64,000 nucleotides of DNA. Origin: Candidatus Bathyarchaeota archaeon (GTDB lineage: Archaea > Thermoproteota > Bathyarchaeia > Bathyarchaeales > Bathycorpusculaceae). The translations under genes were made by a program, and so were the position numbers. Positions 29,890 to 40,436 of this stretch are shown here, piece after piece. The DNA lies in NCBI GenBank assembly GCA_963782525.1, contig CAWAKC010000003.1, positions 128,001 to 192,000 of the forward strand. Direction: 5' to 3'. Position 1 is the first letter of the stretch. Each line of letters opens with the position of its first letter. A model generated the notes under the pieces. The model made no database searches, was not told where the DNA came from, and worked only from the letters and a program-made list of their open reading frames with translations.

Positions 29890-30550
29890 TTAGAAATTTC
29901 TCATTGTGCAAATTGGGATATTGCCATATTCTCTCGGTTTTCGTGTAACCTTAAAATGCTTTTCCTGAAATTTCTTAATCAAAACTTCGCCATGTACTTC
30001 AAGCGCAATAGGTTTGTAGATTTCTTCTTCAAGCAGTATGGACTCGCCTCCTTCACAATCGCACTTGATAAAGTCAAATTTCTGGTCAAGATGGTTCTTA
30101 CGGAAGATGTCATTGAAAATTTTGACGTTAAGGGAATTTTTTTCAGCATTTTTTCGGAGCAAATCTGCGCATTGAGGATTTGGTTCAACAGCGATAAAGT
30201 CTTTCCATCCCTTCAATGCGAAAAAGAAGATCGATTCTCCACAACCTGAACCAACATCAAGTATAATCTTTTCTTTTAAAGAAGAAGGAAATTTGTAATC
30301 CTTATGCCATTCAACAAATTCATAAAACATAAATGGCATGTACTCTTTGAGTAATACAAATTCAAGTCCTTTCTTTCTTATTGAAAAATGGTCTTCATCT
30401 ATTTTTTTGAAGGTTAATCCATGATATTTAAAAAAACATCTATCTATAGGGAGGGTAGTTCGAGTGATTTGCAACCCATATAACTGGTAGATGTTTTTTA
30501 CGACTTAGCCCAAATTTTACCGGTATCTTGGTTCTTTTCTTTTCGGACAT
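29890..30550 (-). CDS. SAM-dependent methyltransferase (FkbM-like), probable 5' frameshift
   Basis: ILDVGSGCGE, AVEPNP, IKCDCEGGE; the ATG at 30550 is out of frame across an A6 run. Confidence 0.7.
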
Positions 30551-30923
30551 AGATATTTCTATCATCGCTAACTCTTTTGGTTCCTTTTTAAGTTTTATGC
30601 ATTATTTCTTTTATTCTAACTAATCGTAAAGATTGTTGTCGTTAAGCTTCTATTCTAAAATAACCTTGGTTGTTGCTAATGTCATAAGAAACATTGGGAC
30701 ATTACAGCGATACCTTTTTGGGCTTCGCGCAAGTTGTTTATTATAAGGTTTAACTCCCGTAAACCCTCCTGACGTTTTCCAGTTTTAAAGAAAAACTTGG
30801 CTAATCTAGCAACAACCATTTACTACCCCAAATTAAAGTTATTTATTTTTAATTTAACCTTTTGTAAATCTTTATTGTAAGAGGGGGCTGCGAAAAACAT
30901 GGCTGAGGATTATTTATTATATT

Positions 30924-31946
30924 TAGACGTGTGCGCAATTCATTTTTTATAGTTCCGATAGGTAAGTTATCTTTGAGCAAGTCTGGGATCGTACCCGTAA
31001 ATACCATTGATTTGGTGTCTTTGAGGGCTCCATGATCATTTGTTGTTGGGTCAAGCCCAGTACTTGCTTACCGTTTTTAGACTTTGCTCGCCAACAATAA
31101 GCGATCGTATTGCTTCAGCATCATAACTAATCAAGCCAGCCATCACCATAGCCGCCTTCTTCACCAAACCCTTAGGCCTCACCCAGCAATTCCTCAAAAC
31201 GTTAGCTTTAAGATGCCCATTAAACTGCTCAACCACATAACGCTTAGTCTCCAAGAGTCTAGCATGTTTGATTCTTTTGCGTTTTCCCCTTCTAGGATTA
31301 GGAGCAATAACAGGCTCAGCTTCAATGCCCTTGGCTGCTCTTTTGTTTGTTTTCGAGTCATAACCCGCATCGGCCAAAACGTATTCTGCTTCCAAATCCT
31401 CAATGAGACCGGGAAGAAAAGGCGAGTCATAACGATTACCAGGCGTAACAACTGCTCTCAACGGCAACCCCAGCTGATTTACCGCTGCATGAAGCTTGAA
31501 ACCTCTGAATTTTCCACGGCTCGTGTGACCCCAGCCCGCTTCCATATCGTAGAGATCCACTAACGGCGTTGAGTCAACAATTAGAATAGTGGTCGGTGTC
31601 ACTAGTTGAAGCATAGCCGATATCTTCTTAAAAGTTTCTTCAAGAACGTCAAGATAGCGTCTCCACCATCTTCCAACAGTGGTTCTATTGGGTACTTTGA
31701 ATAAACCAAGTGTTCTAGCAACGTCCGTATGCTTCTTTAGATGTTCAATTACACGTGTGTCGTTCTCTAATCCTTTCAGTCTGGCATAAACGAGAACTCT
31801 TAGTGCTCTTAGGCGTCCGTAGCCTGGATTTCCGCGTCTTTTGGGTTCTACAGAAACGATTGCTTTGTTGACGAAAAGCCTGACAACTTCACAGGCTTCC
31901 ATACTAGAACATAATTGGGAAGCAGCTTAAATTCTGCACACCCCTA
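30924..31946 (-). mobile_element. Insertion sequence copy 1 (DDE, IS5/IS982-like)
   Basis: Imperfect 17-bp TIRs TAGACGTGTGCGCAATT / TAGGGGTGTGCAGAATT; 7-bp TSD TTATATT (30917-30923, 31947-31953). Confidence 0.9.
31051..31902 (-). CDS. DDE transposase
   Basis: IVDST, GFKLH, LADAGYDS and R..VEQFNG.LK motifs. Confidence 0.92.
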   Translation of the reverse strand: MEACEVVRLFVNKAIVSVEPKRRGNPGYGRLRALRVLVYARLKGLENDTRVIEHLKKHTDVARTLGLFKVPNRTTVGRWWRRYLDVLEETFKKISAMLQLVTPTTILIVDSTPLVDLYDMEAGWGHTSRGKFRGFKLHAAVNQLGLPLRAVVTPGNRYDSPFLPGLIEDLEAEYVLADAGYDSKTNKRAAKGIEAEPVIAPNPRRGKRKRIKHARLLETKRYVVEQFNGHLKANVLRNCWVRPKGLVKKAAMVMAGLISYDAEAIRSLIVGEQSLKTVSKYWA

Positions 31947-31956
31947 TTATATTGTT

Positions 31957-32979
31957 TAGACGTGTGCGCAATTCATTTTTTATAGTTCCGATAGGTAAGT
32001 TATCTTTGAGCAAGTCTGGGATCGTACCCGTAAATACCATTGATTTGGTGTCTTTGAGGGCTCCATGATCATTTGTTGTTGGGTCAAGCCCAGTACTTGC
32101 TTACCGTTTTTAGACTTTGCTCGCCAACAATAAGCGATCGTATTGCTTCAGCATCATAACTAATCAAGCCAGCCATCACCATAGCCGCCTTCTTCACCAA
32201 ACCCTTAGGCCTCACCCAGCAATTCCTCAAAACGTTAGCTTTAAGATGCCCATTAAACTGCTCAACCACATAACGCTTAGTCTCCAAGAGTCTAGCATGT
32301 TTGATTCTTTTGCGTTTTCCCCTTCTAGGATTAGGAGCAATAACAGGCTCAGCTTCAATGCCCTTGGCTGCTCTTTTGTTTGTTTTCGAGTCATAACCCG
32401 CATCGGCCAAAACGTATTCTGCTTCCAAATCCTCAATGAGACCGGGAAGAAAAGGCGAGTCATAACGATTACCAGGCGTAACAACTGCTCTCAACGGCAA
32501 CCCCAGCTGATTTACCGCTGCATGAAGCTTGAAACCTCTGAATTTTCCACGGCTCGTGTGACCCCAGCCCGCTTCCATATCGTAGAGATCCACTAACGGC
32601 GTTGAGTCAACAATTAGAATAGTGGTCGGTGTCACTAGTTGAAGCATAGCCGATATCTTCTTAAAAGTTTCTTCAAGAACGTCAAGATAGCGTCTCCACC
32701 ATCTTCCAACAGTGGTTCTATTGGGTACTTTGAATAAACCAAGTGTTCTAGCAACGTCCGTATGCTTCTTTAGATGTTCAATTACACGTGTGTCGTTCTC
32801 TAATCCTTTCAGTCTGGCATAAACGAGAACTCTTAGTGCTCTTAGGCGTCCGTAGCCTGGATTTCCGCGTCTTTTGGGTTCTACAGAAACGATTGCTTTG
32901 TTGACGAAAAGCCTGACAACTTCACAGGCTTCCATACTAGAACATAATTGGGAAGCAGCTTAAATTCTGCACACCCCTA
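31957..32979 (-). mobile_element. Insertion sequence copy 2 (same element)
   Basis: Same TIRs; 7-bp TSD TATTGTT (31950-31956, 32980-32986). Confidence 0.9.
32084..32935 (-). CDS. DDE transposase (identical protein to copy 1)
   Basis: Identical 283-aa translation. Confidence 0.92.
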   Translation of the reverse strand: MEACEVVRLFVNKAIVSVEPKRRGNPGYGRLRALRVLVYARLKGLENDTRVIEHLKKHTDVARTLGLFKVPNRTTVGRWWRRYLDVLEETFKKISAMLQLVTPTTILIVDSTPLVDLYDMEAGWGHTSRGKFRGFKLHAAVNQLGLPLRAVVTPGNRYDSPFLPGLIEDLEAEYVLADAGYDSKTNKRAAKGIEAEPVIAPNPRRGKRKRIKHARLLETKRYVVEQFNGHLKANVLRNCWVRPKGLVKKAAMVMAGLISYDAEAIRSLIVGEQSLKTVSKYWA

Positions 32980-33202
32980 TATTGTTAAATATCAGATTTG
33001 CAAAAACAACTTCTCTGCCAAATTTGGCCTTTTAAGTGCTCCATCCTGGCAAACAAAGACTTTGCCTCGAACGGAGTAAACCCTTAGCAGGGAACATCTT
33101 CTTTATTCGTTTGCAGTACGAAATTTTTAATTTCTTGAATAATTAAAGAAACAAGTACACTGTGAAGGTAATGAAGCTGTTAAAGTGCGCTCCAGTTTAA
33201 TG

Positions 33203-33436
33203 TCAAGCGTGGACTAGCGTTTCAGATAGAGTTATTGCATCGATTTTGTATACAGCATCACGGATGCGTCTTACGTCCTCTACGTCCTTTCCTTCTGCGT
33301 AGAGGATCACATCATAATTGCCCATGACAGAATGAACGACTTTAACGCCTTCAATCTTTTGTATTTCATGGACAACTGCCTTAGACTGACCAATTCTAGT
33401 GTGAAGAAGCATATAGAACGGAAGTGCCATTTGCAT
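33203..33436 (-). CDS. Lrp/AsnC ligand-binding (RAM) domain protein
   Basis: IEGVKVVHSVMGNYDVIL. Confidence 0.8.
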   Translation of the reverse strand: MQMALPFYMLLHTRIGQSKAVVHEIQKIEGVKVVHSVMGNYDVILYAEGKDVEDVRRIRDAVYKIDAITLSETLVHA

Positions 33437-33818
33437 TTACCCATCTAAATAAAAATAAGAATAAGATCTATAAAGTTTCCTAATGCGATCTTTCATTTGA
33501 CTTTTTCTTTGCTATGGTGAGTCGATTTTTAATTGCGATATTCAGCCAACAACAAAAAATGTGGTGCAATCACTTTGACCCCTAAATCCTCTATCCGAAT
33601 CTAAAAGAATGTATAGTACTTGAAAAATCTACGCAGCATAGTAGGGTTTTATTTTGAAAGATGCCAGTTGTCTTTGTGCAAAATCGTGGTGCAGCAGCAT
33701 CAGCAGCAACTCCTCTTCAAAATCGTCTATTTGAGCCCTTTTAATTGAATATTTCGTAAAGTTTTACAGTCCGCCGAAGAAAACTAACGATTATTACTTC
33801 AATTGTGTAACTGTAACT

Positions 33819-34247
33819 ATGGCACTTGACATTCAAGGGACTGTCGTTTCTATCATTCAAGTCATAACATTAATTTTGCTCGTGATTGGTGTGTATCCTA
33901 ACAGGATAAGAACTAAGAATAGAAACCTCATCATGCACGGATTCTTTAGCGTTGTAGCGATTATCTTAAACCTTGCAACTGTAATTTCAGTAATGATTCC
34001 TGTTTTCGTCGGTAGTTTGGCTTCTATTGGTAATTTGTCGCTCGTTCAATCAGTTATTGTTTGGTTACACACTGCCTTGGGAATCGTGGCTATTGTTTTG
34101 GGTTTAGTCATAATTTTTTCGTGGGTGACTCATCCTTTGGGAGAACTTGGATGTTCAAAAATGTGGCGACTAATGATACCTACTTTCGTTATTTGGGCTT
34201 TTGTGTTAGTTCTGGGTTTAGCGATACATATTTTCAACATAATTTAA
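33819..34247 (+). CDS. Four-TM membrane protein (DUF420-like)
   Basis: Four hydrophobic helices with His residues in TM2 and TM3. Confidence 0.6.
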   Translation: MALDIQGTVVSIIQVITLILLVIGVYPNRIRTKNRNLIMHGFFSVVAIILNLATVISVMIPVFVGSLASIGNLSLVQSVIVWLHTALGIVAIVLGLVIIFSWVTHPLGELGCSKMWRLMIPTFVIWAFVLVLGLAIHIFNII

Positions 34248-34382
34248 TCCAAAGGTCAATCTAAAGACGGTACTTTGTGAAAATTGAGGGAAGTTGGTCT
34301 AATTAACCCCTAAATATTACTTAACATATCTGTTGAGACATTGTGAAGTGATATAACGAGAAGAAAAACAACCAGCATTCTG

Positions 34383-35156
34383 ATGACATCAGTCTTGCTC
34401 TTTGCCGTTTTGATTGCCTCGACTTGCTTCCAAGCAACAAAAAACAAAGCCGTTATAGCCGAAACAACATCATCATCGGAATCTTCGACAAATTCCCTTC
34501 CCGCCTATGCCTTTAACGGCGCTTACGTCACTTATACTCTAAATGACTACATTGACCGCAAAATAACTTTTACTATTAGTGACGTTAACGTAACTTCTCA
34601 AACATTCAAGGTTTCTTGGAACTTCATCGGATCATGGGACTTCAAAAGTTCAAGCGAAGTCATATCCTTTGCAAGCATTTCGCCCTTTCCAGGTAATAGT
34701 TCAAAGAGCCCTTTTTCCGCAGTTAGTTTTGCCGATCTTCAAACGCTAAACAAGGGTGAAATTCCCGGGGATATGCCAAGCGGCGTTTTTGTTAGATCTA
34801 ACCAGTCTACTTACGCTTTGGGTGGATATTATTTCAATACGGACGAGCTACAGATACCCAGTGATATTAACGGCTCGAATGGCGTTAGTGTCTACGTTGA
34901 CGCCCATTCCGGTCTGACAGTTGTTGAGGATTTAGGAGAGAATGGCGCAGCATGGGGCATTGCTTATGGTCAACTGAGCTTAGTAAATACAAACGTTCCT
35001 ATGACCGTTAGCGTTAGAGCCTCTTTATCGCCCTCAGGCTCGGCGTTTTCAATGTTTCCTGTTCAAGTGGCTGTTGCAGGAGTTTCGGCAGTGGTTGTAG
35101 TCGGTGTTAGTTTGTTTGTCTATTTCAAGAAACGCAAGCGCCAAACAAAAACTTAA
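34383..35156 (+). CDS. Secreted protein with C-terminal TM anchor
   Basis: Signal peptide, Ser/Thr-rich region, terminal TM plus YFKKRKR. Confidence 0.7.
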   Translation: MTSVLLFAVLIASTCFQATKNKAVIAETTSSSESSTNSLPAYAFNGAYVTYTLNDYIDRKITFTISDVNVTSQTFKVSWNFIGSWDFKSSSEVISFASISPFPGNSSKSPFSAVSFADLQTLNKGEIPGDMPSGVFVRSNQSTYALGGYYFNTDELQIPSDINGSNGVSVYVDAHSGLTVVEDLGENGAAWGIAYGQLSLVNTNVPMTVSVRASLSPSGSAFSMFPVQVAVAGVSAVVVVGVSLFVYFKKRKRQTKT

Positions 35157-35381
35157 CATTTTTTCAATTACAGAAACTGCGGATCCCCTAAAATGAGTTA
35201 CAACAAACAAACTATGTCCAACTTTCAACTCCTAATACCCCTCCCCATTTAAAGGCAAACTTCTCGTAAGCTATGCCTCCATATTCGAAACGTTAGCTGG
35301 ATATTATTTGGGTTAAATTTGGGCGTAATGTGAGTGTAAATCTGAAAAATCGATTAATAGTCTTTTTGGACCTTATGAGAA

Positions 35382-35684
35382 TTGAGTGAAAACAAGATGA
35401 GACAGAAAACAACCAAACAAATCAGCGCATTCAAACTTGACATATCTAAGACCAACCGAGAAGGCGCATTTCTATGTCCAAACTGTAGAGCGCTAATCTG
35501 TCCAGATGACAATTCAGATGTTATCTATTCTATCCACGATATTGTCTTAACAGATAATAACCAAGTAGATGAGCTGGTGCTACGCTGTAACAGATGCTCC
35601 AGTTTCATCCATTTAACAGGACTCTCAAACATTGAAAAAACTCCATATCCAAAAATTTTGGGAACTGACGAAAACCGTTGGTAG
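35382..35684 (+). CDS. Zn-ribbon protein
   Basis: FLCPNC...CPDD...LRCNRC. Confidence 0.6.
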   Translation: MSENKMRQKTTKQISAFKLDISKTNREGAFLCPNCRALICPDDNSDVIYSIHDIVLTDNNQVDELVLRCNRCSSFIHLTGLSNIEKTPYPKILGTDENRW

Positions 35685-36064
35685 TCCTCACTCTACTTTA
35701 ACCACGTTTAAAGCGAGTGACTTACAAGCAAGCGATAAGTAAAAGGCCCTTAGCGATTCAAATGAAAGAAAACAAAAGCAAGTATCGGACAGTGGCTGCT
35801 GCCTTGGCTTTATTTGTCATTAGTCCGCTCGATGACGTGCTTTTCGCAGCATTGTTTGGTTCTGCAATATTTGGATTGGGTTCAATGCCTTTCTACATAT
35901 TTGTCGGCGCTTCCTAGCAATTTCAATAGTATTTTGGAGGAGACGTATGAAAAGCGGAAAAAAGAAGGGCTTTAAAGAAAATAACCAACATCAACCAACC
36001 AAATTCTTTAATGAATTAAGACTTTAAGGAAGCCTTTTTATTCCAACCCATTCTATCGATAATC

Positions 36065-36817
36065 ATGGTGCACAGCAAGTTTTTCTCGTTACTGCATATT
36101 GTTATCTTAGTTTTCCTAAGTTTTATGGTCGTTAAACCTTAGTTTGTTCAGTCAGTTTCTAAGCCCTCTGTACCAGGATTCACAGTTAAGCCCGTTGGGT
36201 CTTCGTTTGAAGGCCGCCAACTTACACCTTGGACACAAACACTGGACTGTTTGATACTAACAGTGGCTATCAAATTGAGTACAGCGCAGTAAACATAACT
36301 ATTAAGAATCAACCGTTTTCGACTTCTAACCAATCAGATAATCTCTATTTCTACTATAACGTACGGGTAAAACCTCATAATTATCCCGACAGCTATTGGC
36401 TTGAGCTTTTCTATTCGGGCGCTACGGCTATCCTGTACAATCGCTTTCTAATTATACCATAACACCTCTCCCAGTAGAAGGCGCTGTACCTGAAGAAAAC
36501 ACCATTGCAACAGGCGAAAAAACAGACACTCAAATTGAGGCTATGATAGAGTATATCGGTCGTAACAGTTTATTTCCCTATCCTTACGTTTTTTTTGGTG
36601 AATTAAGCGGTTGGAGCAACACCCAAATAGTGACATTGCCGGCGAATACTCCTCTAAACCCTCTCAGTCGCCCTCCGCTAATACAACGCCAAACGTAACA
36701 TCTATTCAAATTTCTGATGTATTGAGTATACTTATTGCAGTTTTGGTGGTCTTTTTAGTTATAATTGTATCTTTATTGCTATTGCTTTACAGAAAAACCG
36801 AAAGACAAACCAATTAA
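36065..36817 (+). pseudogene. Decayed secreted membrane-anchored protein gene
   Basis: Signal peptide, KPSVP.FTVK, ITIKNQPF, YYNVRVK and a terminal TM are spread over several frames with stops. Confidence 0.6.
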
Positions 36818-37295
36818 GCGGCTTATCTGAAGGCATCAACGAAAGATGCGCTGCAGCATCCAAAACACCCCGAAGAGGAATTGCGCTAACAGCTAAACTT
36901 GCATGGCGCTGTCCCCCTGTTTATCGGATTCATCGTGATGATTGGTAGTGGACTTTACTTGCTTTTGACATTGCAGTTATTATTGGTGGTTTCTTATGGT
37001 AATGGTAGACTCTTCATATCCGCAGGAAAATAAGCCCGAGAAAACGATACCTCTTAATTCTCCTTTTTTTCCCTCTAAGGGCGATTTAATTGAAAGCAAA
37101 TGGCAATGCAGAAATGCATGTTTGTTGTATTATCTAATGAGTTGGATTTTGTGGTTTATCGTAGATATTTTGATTCTCCTAATTGTGGAGGTTGTATGTA
37201 CAAAGGAAGCAGTTACTGTTGGGGACAATGCTCTCTAAACATCTGGAAAAAAGAAAGAGAATATTGATGCTTAGTTATAGCGGAGATTTAGAAAG

Positions 37296-37634
37296 TTGAA
37301 TTCCCTTTTGGAAAAGACTCACACTTTTACAGTAAATGTTGTTAATTCTAAGCAAAATAAACCAGTCAAAAACGTTAACGTTAAGTTCTTCAGATTAGAA
37401 AAGGAATCAATAACACTCAAACAATGGACTGAAAACCTCAAAAATGGAACTCCGTTTAAAAGGTTGATGCTCTCGGTGGATACAGACAATAACGGCAACG
37501 TAACCGCCGAGCTTCCCGAAGGTGTTTACGAAGCTAAAGTAGAAGAATACGGGCTAAGTCAGGTTTGCGAATTGACGCATAATGTAGAGATTCTTTTTGC
37601 TGAACCCAAAAAAAATTGGTGGCAACATTCTTAA
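37296..37634 (+). CDS. Carboxypeptidase-regulatory-like beta-sandwich protein
   Basis: TDNNGNVTAELPEGVYEAKVE; GGAG SD. Confidence 0.55.
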   Translation: MNSLLEKTHTFTVNVVNSKQNKPVKNVNVKFFRLEKESITLKQWTENLKNGTPFKRLMLSVDTDNNGNVTAELPEGVYEAKVEEYGLSQVCELTHNVEILFAEPKKNWWQHS

Positions 37635-37894
37635 ATCGGGTTCGCATAGAAAAGTTTTGAAATGTGCAATAAATTTAATGATGTTTTTATCTTTGGTTTA
37701 TAAGTGCTTTAGCCTATATTATATGTTGAAAGTTTCTTTTGCGCTTGGGTTTGGGGTAGTAACAGATGCTTTTCAAAATAGAAGCGAAACAAAATGTGTA
37801 TGTTAAGAGTTAGTTTATTGAAAAATTGTGTTGAATCTAAGTCAGTAAAACTTTATGTTCACATTAGTAACAAGAAGAGGGGTGACGCAACGGC

Positions 37895-38101
37895 ATGGTA
37901 AGCATAGGCAACTCAGCGAAGTGTCCACAATGCACTCAAATGGGACATATTGTTTGGGTTTCCCAAGATGGAAAAATGGTTGGGATCCAATGTTCTAAAA
38001 GTCATCGCCTAGATAATTTACCCAATGCATATGGGTTCGTACGTCCTCTTTCCAAACCGAACAAGAATAGCGTTTTTCTAGTAAAAACGGAATCATTGTG
38101 A
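37895..38101 (+). CDS. Small Zn-binding protein
   Basis: CPQC...C..SH; GGGGTGA SD. Confidence 0.55.
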   Translation: MVSIGNSAKCPQCTQMGHIVWVSQDGKMVGIQCSKSHRLDNLPNAYGFVRPLSKPNKNSVFLVKTESL

Positions 38102-38114
38102 CGCTTCGATAAGT

Positions 38115-38675
38115 ATGATCCAACAAAATTATCATCTCTCTAATAAAATAAAGATAGGCCCTGAATCTGACAAAACTGATTATCCTAAGCACTGTGGATT
38201 TTACACAAGTTATTCTCGGTTTATCTTGAAAGCACTAAAAAAATCTTCTTTTCAAGAATTTCTATGCTCTATGCTTTTAGCCGAAAACATAGAAGAAAAA
38301 ATTGTCAACGCCGTTGATATCAAAGTTTTTCCAGCCCCTAGAAAAAACGGTTTCAACATCGTCGGCAAATGTGACACATTTAAGGGCAGAATTCGGATTT
38401 ATCCAAAAACTTTTAACTACTGCTTTGCCTTCCGAAAAAAGTACGGCAAAGACTACTTTTTTGTATTTGTTGAAAACAGAGCTAGAGCAGCGTTAATTCA
38501 TGAATTGCTGCATCTAAAATACATCAGTGATGAAGAAAAGGTACAAGAATTAACAGGAATATATTTTTCAGCTTACCTGAAAAAACGATTTAATAAGAAT
38601 TCAAATTTAGTATCATTGAATGAATTAATTTTTGCTTCGAAAAAGCACACACCTTTTTGCAGGGAAAGCTTGTAA
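38115..38675 (+). CDS. Putative zincin metallopeptidase
   Basis: ALIHELLH followed by a downstream Glu (DEEKV). Confidence 0.6.
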   Translation: MIQQNYHLSNKIKIGPESDKTDYPKHCGFYTSYSRFILKALKKSSFQEFLCSMLLAENIEEKIVNAVDIKVFPAPRKNGFNIVGKCDTFKGRIRIYPKTFNYCFAFRKKYGKDYFFVFVENRARAALIHELLHLKYISDEEKVQELTGIYFSAYLKKRFNKNSNLVSLNELIFASKKHTPFCRESL

Positions 38676-39046
38676 TTGGATTGAAAACGCAAGGTCTCCG
38701 TCCTTCAGCGGAAGGGTTTGCTGACATCGAGCGTGTTGTTTTTGGGTTTGTATATGATGATAAGTGTGTCGGGTTCTGTTTTGTTTATGGAGTGTTTTGT
38801 TCTCCAGAAGCTTCCGGTTTGGCTGGCAAGTTGATACTTTGTTAAAATGTTTTGTAATACTTTTTTTGTTTCTTCGTCTAATACACCTTTGATGAAGGCG
38901 ACACATTATTCATCAATGCTTCCGTAGGCAACAGTACAATCACAGGGCAGGATTATTCTTATCAATTCTAGCATCGTCAGAATTAGCTAATTAGGAAAGA
39001 ATATAGCTCTTCCATAACCCTTTTGCTTATTGAGGCTTTTGCGGAA

Positions 39047-39560
39047 ATGGTTAACCTGATAATTGTAGGCACTTTAACTTGGTTTCATATATTCTCTGTT
39101 ATAGGTTGAACTGGCGCAGCATTAACTTTCTTAGTAACCATCAAGCCCTCGCTTGCAAAATTTTCGCCTCAAGGAAGCGGCGAATTCATTGTTAAGGTGT
39201 TGCCGAGGTTTATACGGTCTGTGCAAGTACTTTCCCTCCTTACTATCATTTTTGGGCCTTCTCTTGCTTTTGCAATGGCTGATGGTCCCCCAAAAGCCTT
39301 TGATCTGAAATCGCTCTGGTCTATCTGGCATTGTAATTGGTGCCTCGATTGGAATAACCGCGGTTCTGGTTGTTTTTCTCGTTTTAACTCCAACCGCGAA
39401 GAAGCTATCCAGTTTGATAGGGCAAATGCAACGTAATCCTCAACAGCCCCCACCCACCGAGTTAAGAGCATTACAAAAACGTCTAGCACTCATTCCACCT
39501 TTAGCCGTTTCGCTTTTACTTACAACGGAAATATTCATGGTGGCGGCTGCGCAATTTTAG
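39047..39560 (+). pseudogene. Decayed multi-TM membrane protein gene
   Basis: MVNLIIVGTLTWFHIFSVIG then a premature TGA; hydrophobic segments continue across frames. Confidence 0.5.
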
Positions 39561-39561
39561 A

Positions 39562-40227
39562 TTAGTCTTTGTGTTTTCGGCACATTTCTAAACCCAAAAG
39601 TTTTACTCCTCGCAGCCGTGATAACGAAACAATCAAAGAAGAAGCCACAACACCTTCAATAATTCCTGTTGGAAGGTACCACATAAGCAATGAGGGCACT
39701 GTGACAAATATGCCGCCGAGGGTGCCGACCATGGGGAAAAGACCAATCTCTATGCCCACTGCCAAAGCGGTGCACACGTTGGAGATGAATGAAGCCACAA
39801 ACATGCCGAGTGCCAACCGTTTTGTTGTGAATCCTTTTGATAGGAAGGCTTTTACTATGAAGAATGACATGGCGCCGATTACTGCCATGTTAAAGAGGTT
39901 TGCGCCCCAAGTGGTTAATCCGCCGTCTCCAAAAGCTAAGGCTTGGATAACTAAGGTTATAGCCATGCTGATGATTCCTGCAGCGGGTCCAAGAACCATT
40001 GAGATGGCTGTTCCACCCAAGAAATGCCAGGTGCTGCCGCCGCCTGCAACAGGAAACTCAAACAACTGAACCACTAGCAAAAGAGCACTGACAACGGCGA
40101 TTAGAGGAATGATGTATCTTGGGTAATTTCTTTTCATACCGTGCCAAGCCCATGCTAAGAAGCTGAAGGCTACGATGTACATACTTATGCATGCGTATGG
40201 GTTTAGGATGCCGTCGGGAATGTGTAT
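39562..40227 (-). CDS. cbiM: ECF Ni/Co transporter S component, CbiM/NikM, with ATA at the start position
   Basis: The frame extends to ATA-CAC-ATT-CCC-GAC-GGC = (M)HIPDG; HFLGG, QALAFGDGGLTTWGAN and GIIEG motifs. Confidence 0.85.
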   Translation of the reverse strand: MHIPDGILNPYACISMYIVAFSFLAWAWHGMKRNYPRYIIPLIAVVSALLLVVQLFEFPVAGGGSTWHFLGGTAISMVLGPAAGIISMAITLVIQALAFGDGGLTTWGANLFNMAVIGAMSFFIVKAFLSKGFTTKRLALGMFVASFISNVCTALAVGIEIGLFPMVGTLGGIFVTVPSLLMWYLPTGIIEGVVASSLIVSLSRLRGVKLLGLEMCRKHKD

Positions 40228-40240
40228 TTATGTTTCCTCG

Positions 40241-40268
40241 GTAACACGAATTAGAAAAATAGTATTAC
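40241..40268. promoter_or_regulatory. NikR-type operator
   Basis: GTAACAC-N14-GTATTAC dyad (28 bp, the same span as GTATGA-N16-TCATAC) directly upstream of cbiM/nikM. Confidence 0.7.
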
Positions 40269-40436
40269 AGTGATGGATTTATACCAATCGATTGATTTGA
40301 CAAGCTCTTGTGTCGAGAAATTTTGGCAAACCAACTCTTAAACCCATATCACAGATGATTGCCATGAGTAACAATCTGCATTTGGAGGCAACATTGGTCG
40401 TTCTACCTAAAGACGAAAACACTTAGCAATCCTGAG

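Noticed and set aside
30924-32979. Assembly artefact duplicating one IS
   Set aside because: Each copy has its own distinct 7-bp TSD.
24650-39000. Integron-like cassette array marked by CCCTAAA motifs
   Set aside because: Occurrences are irregular, genes have mixed orientation and their own promoters, and no consistent attC-like structure was seen.
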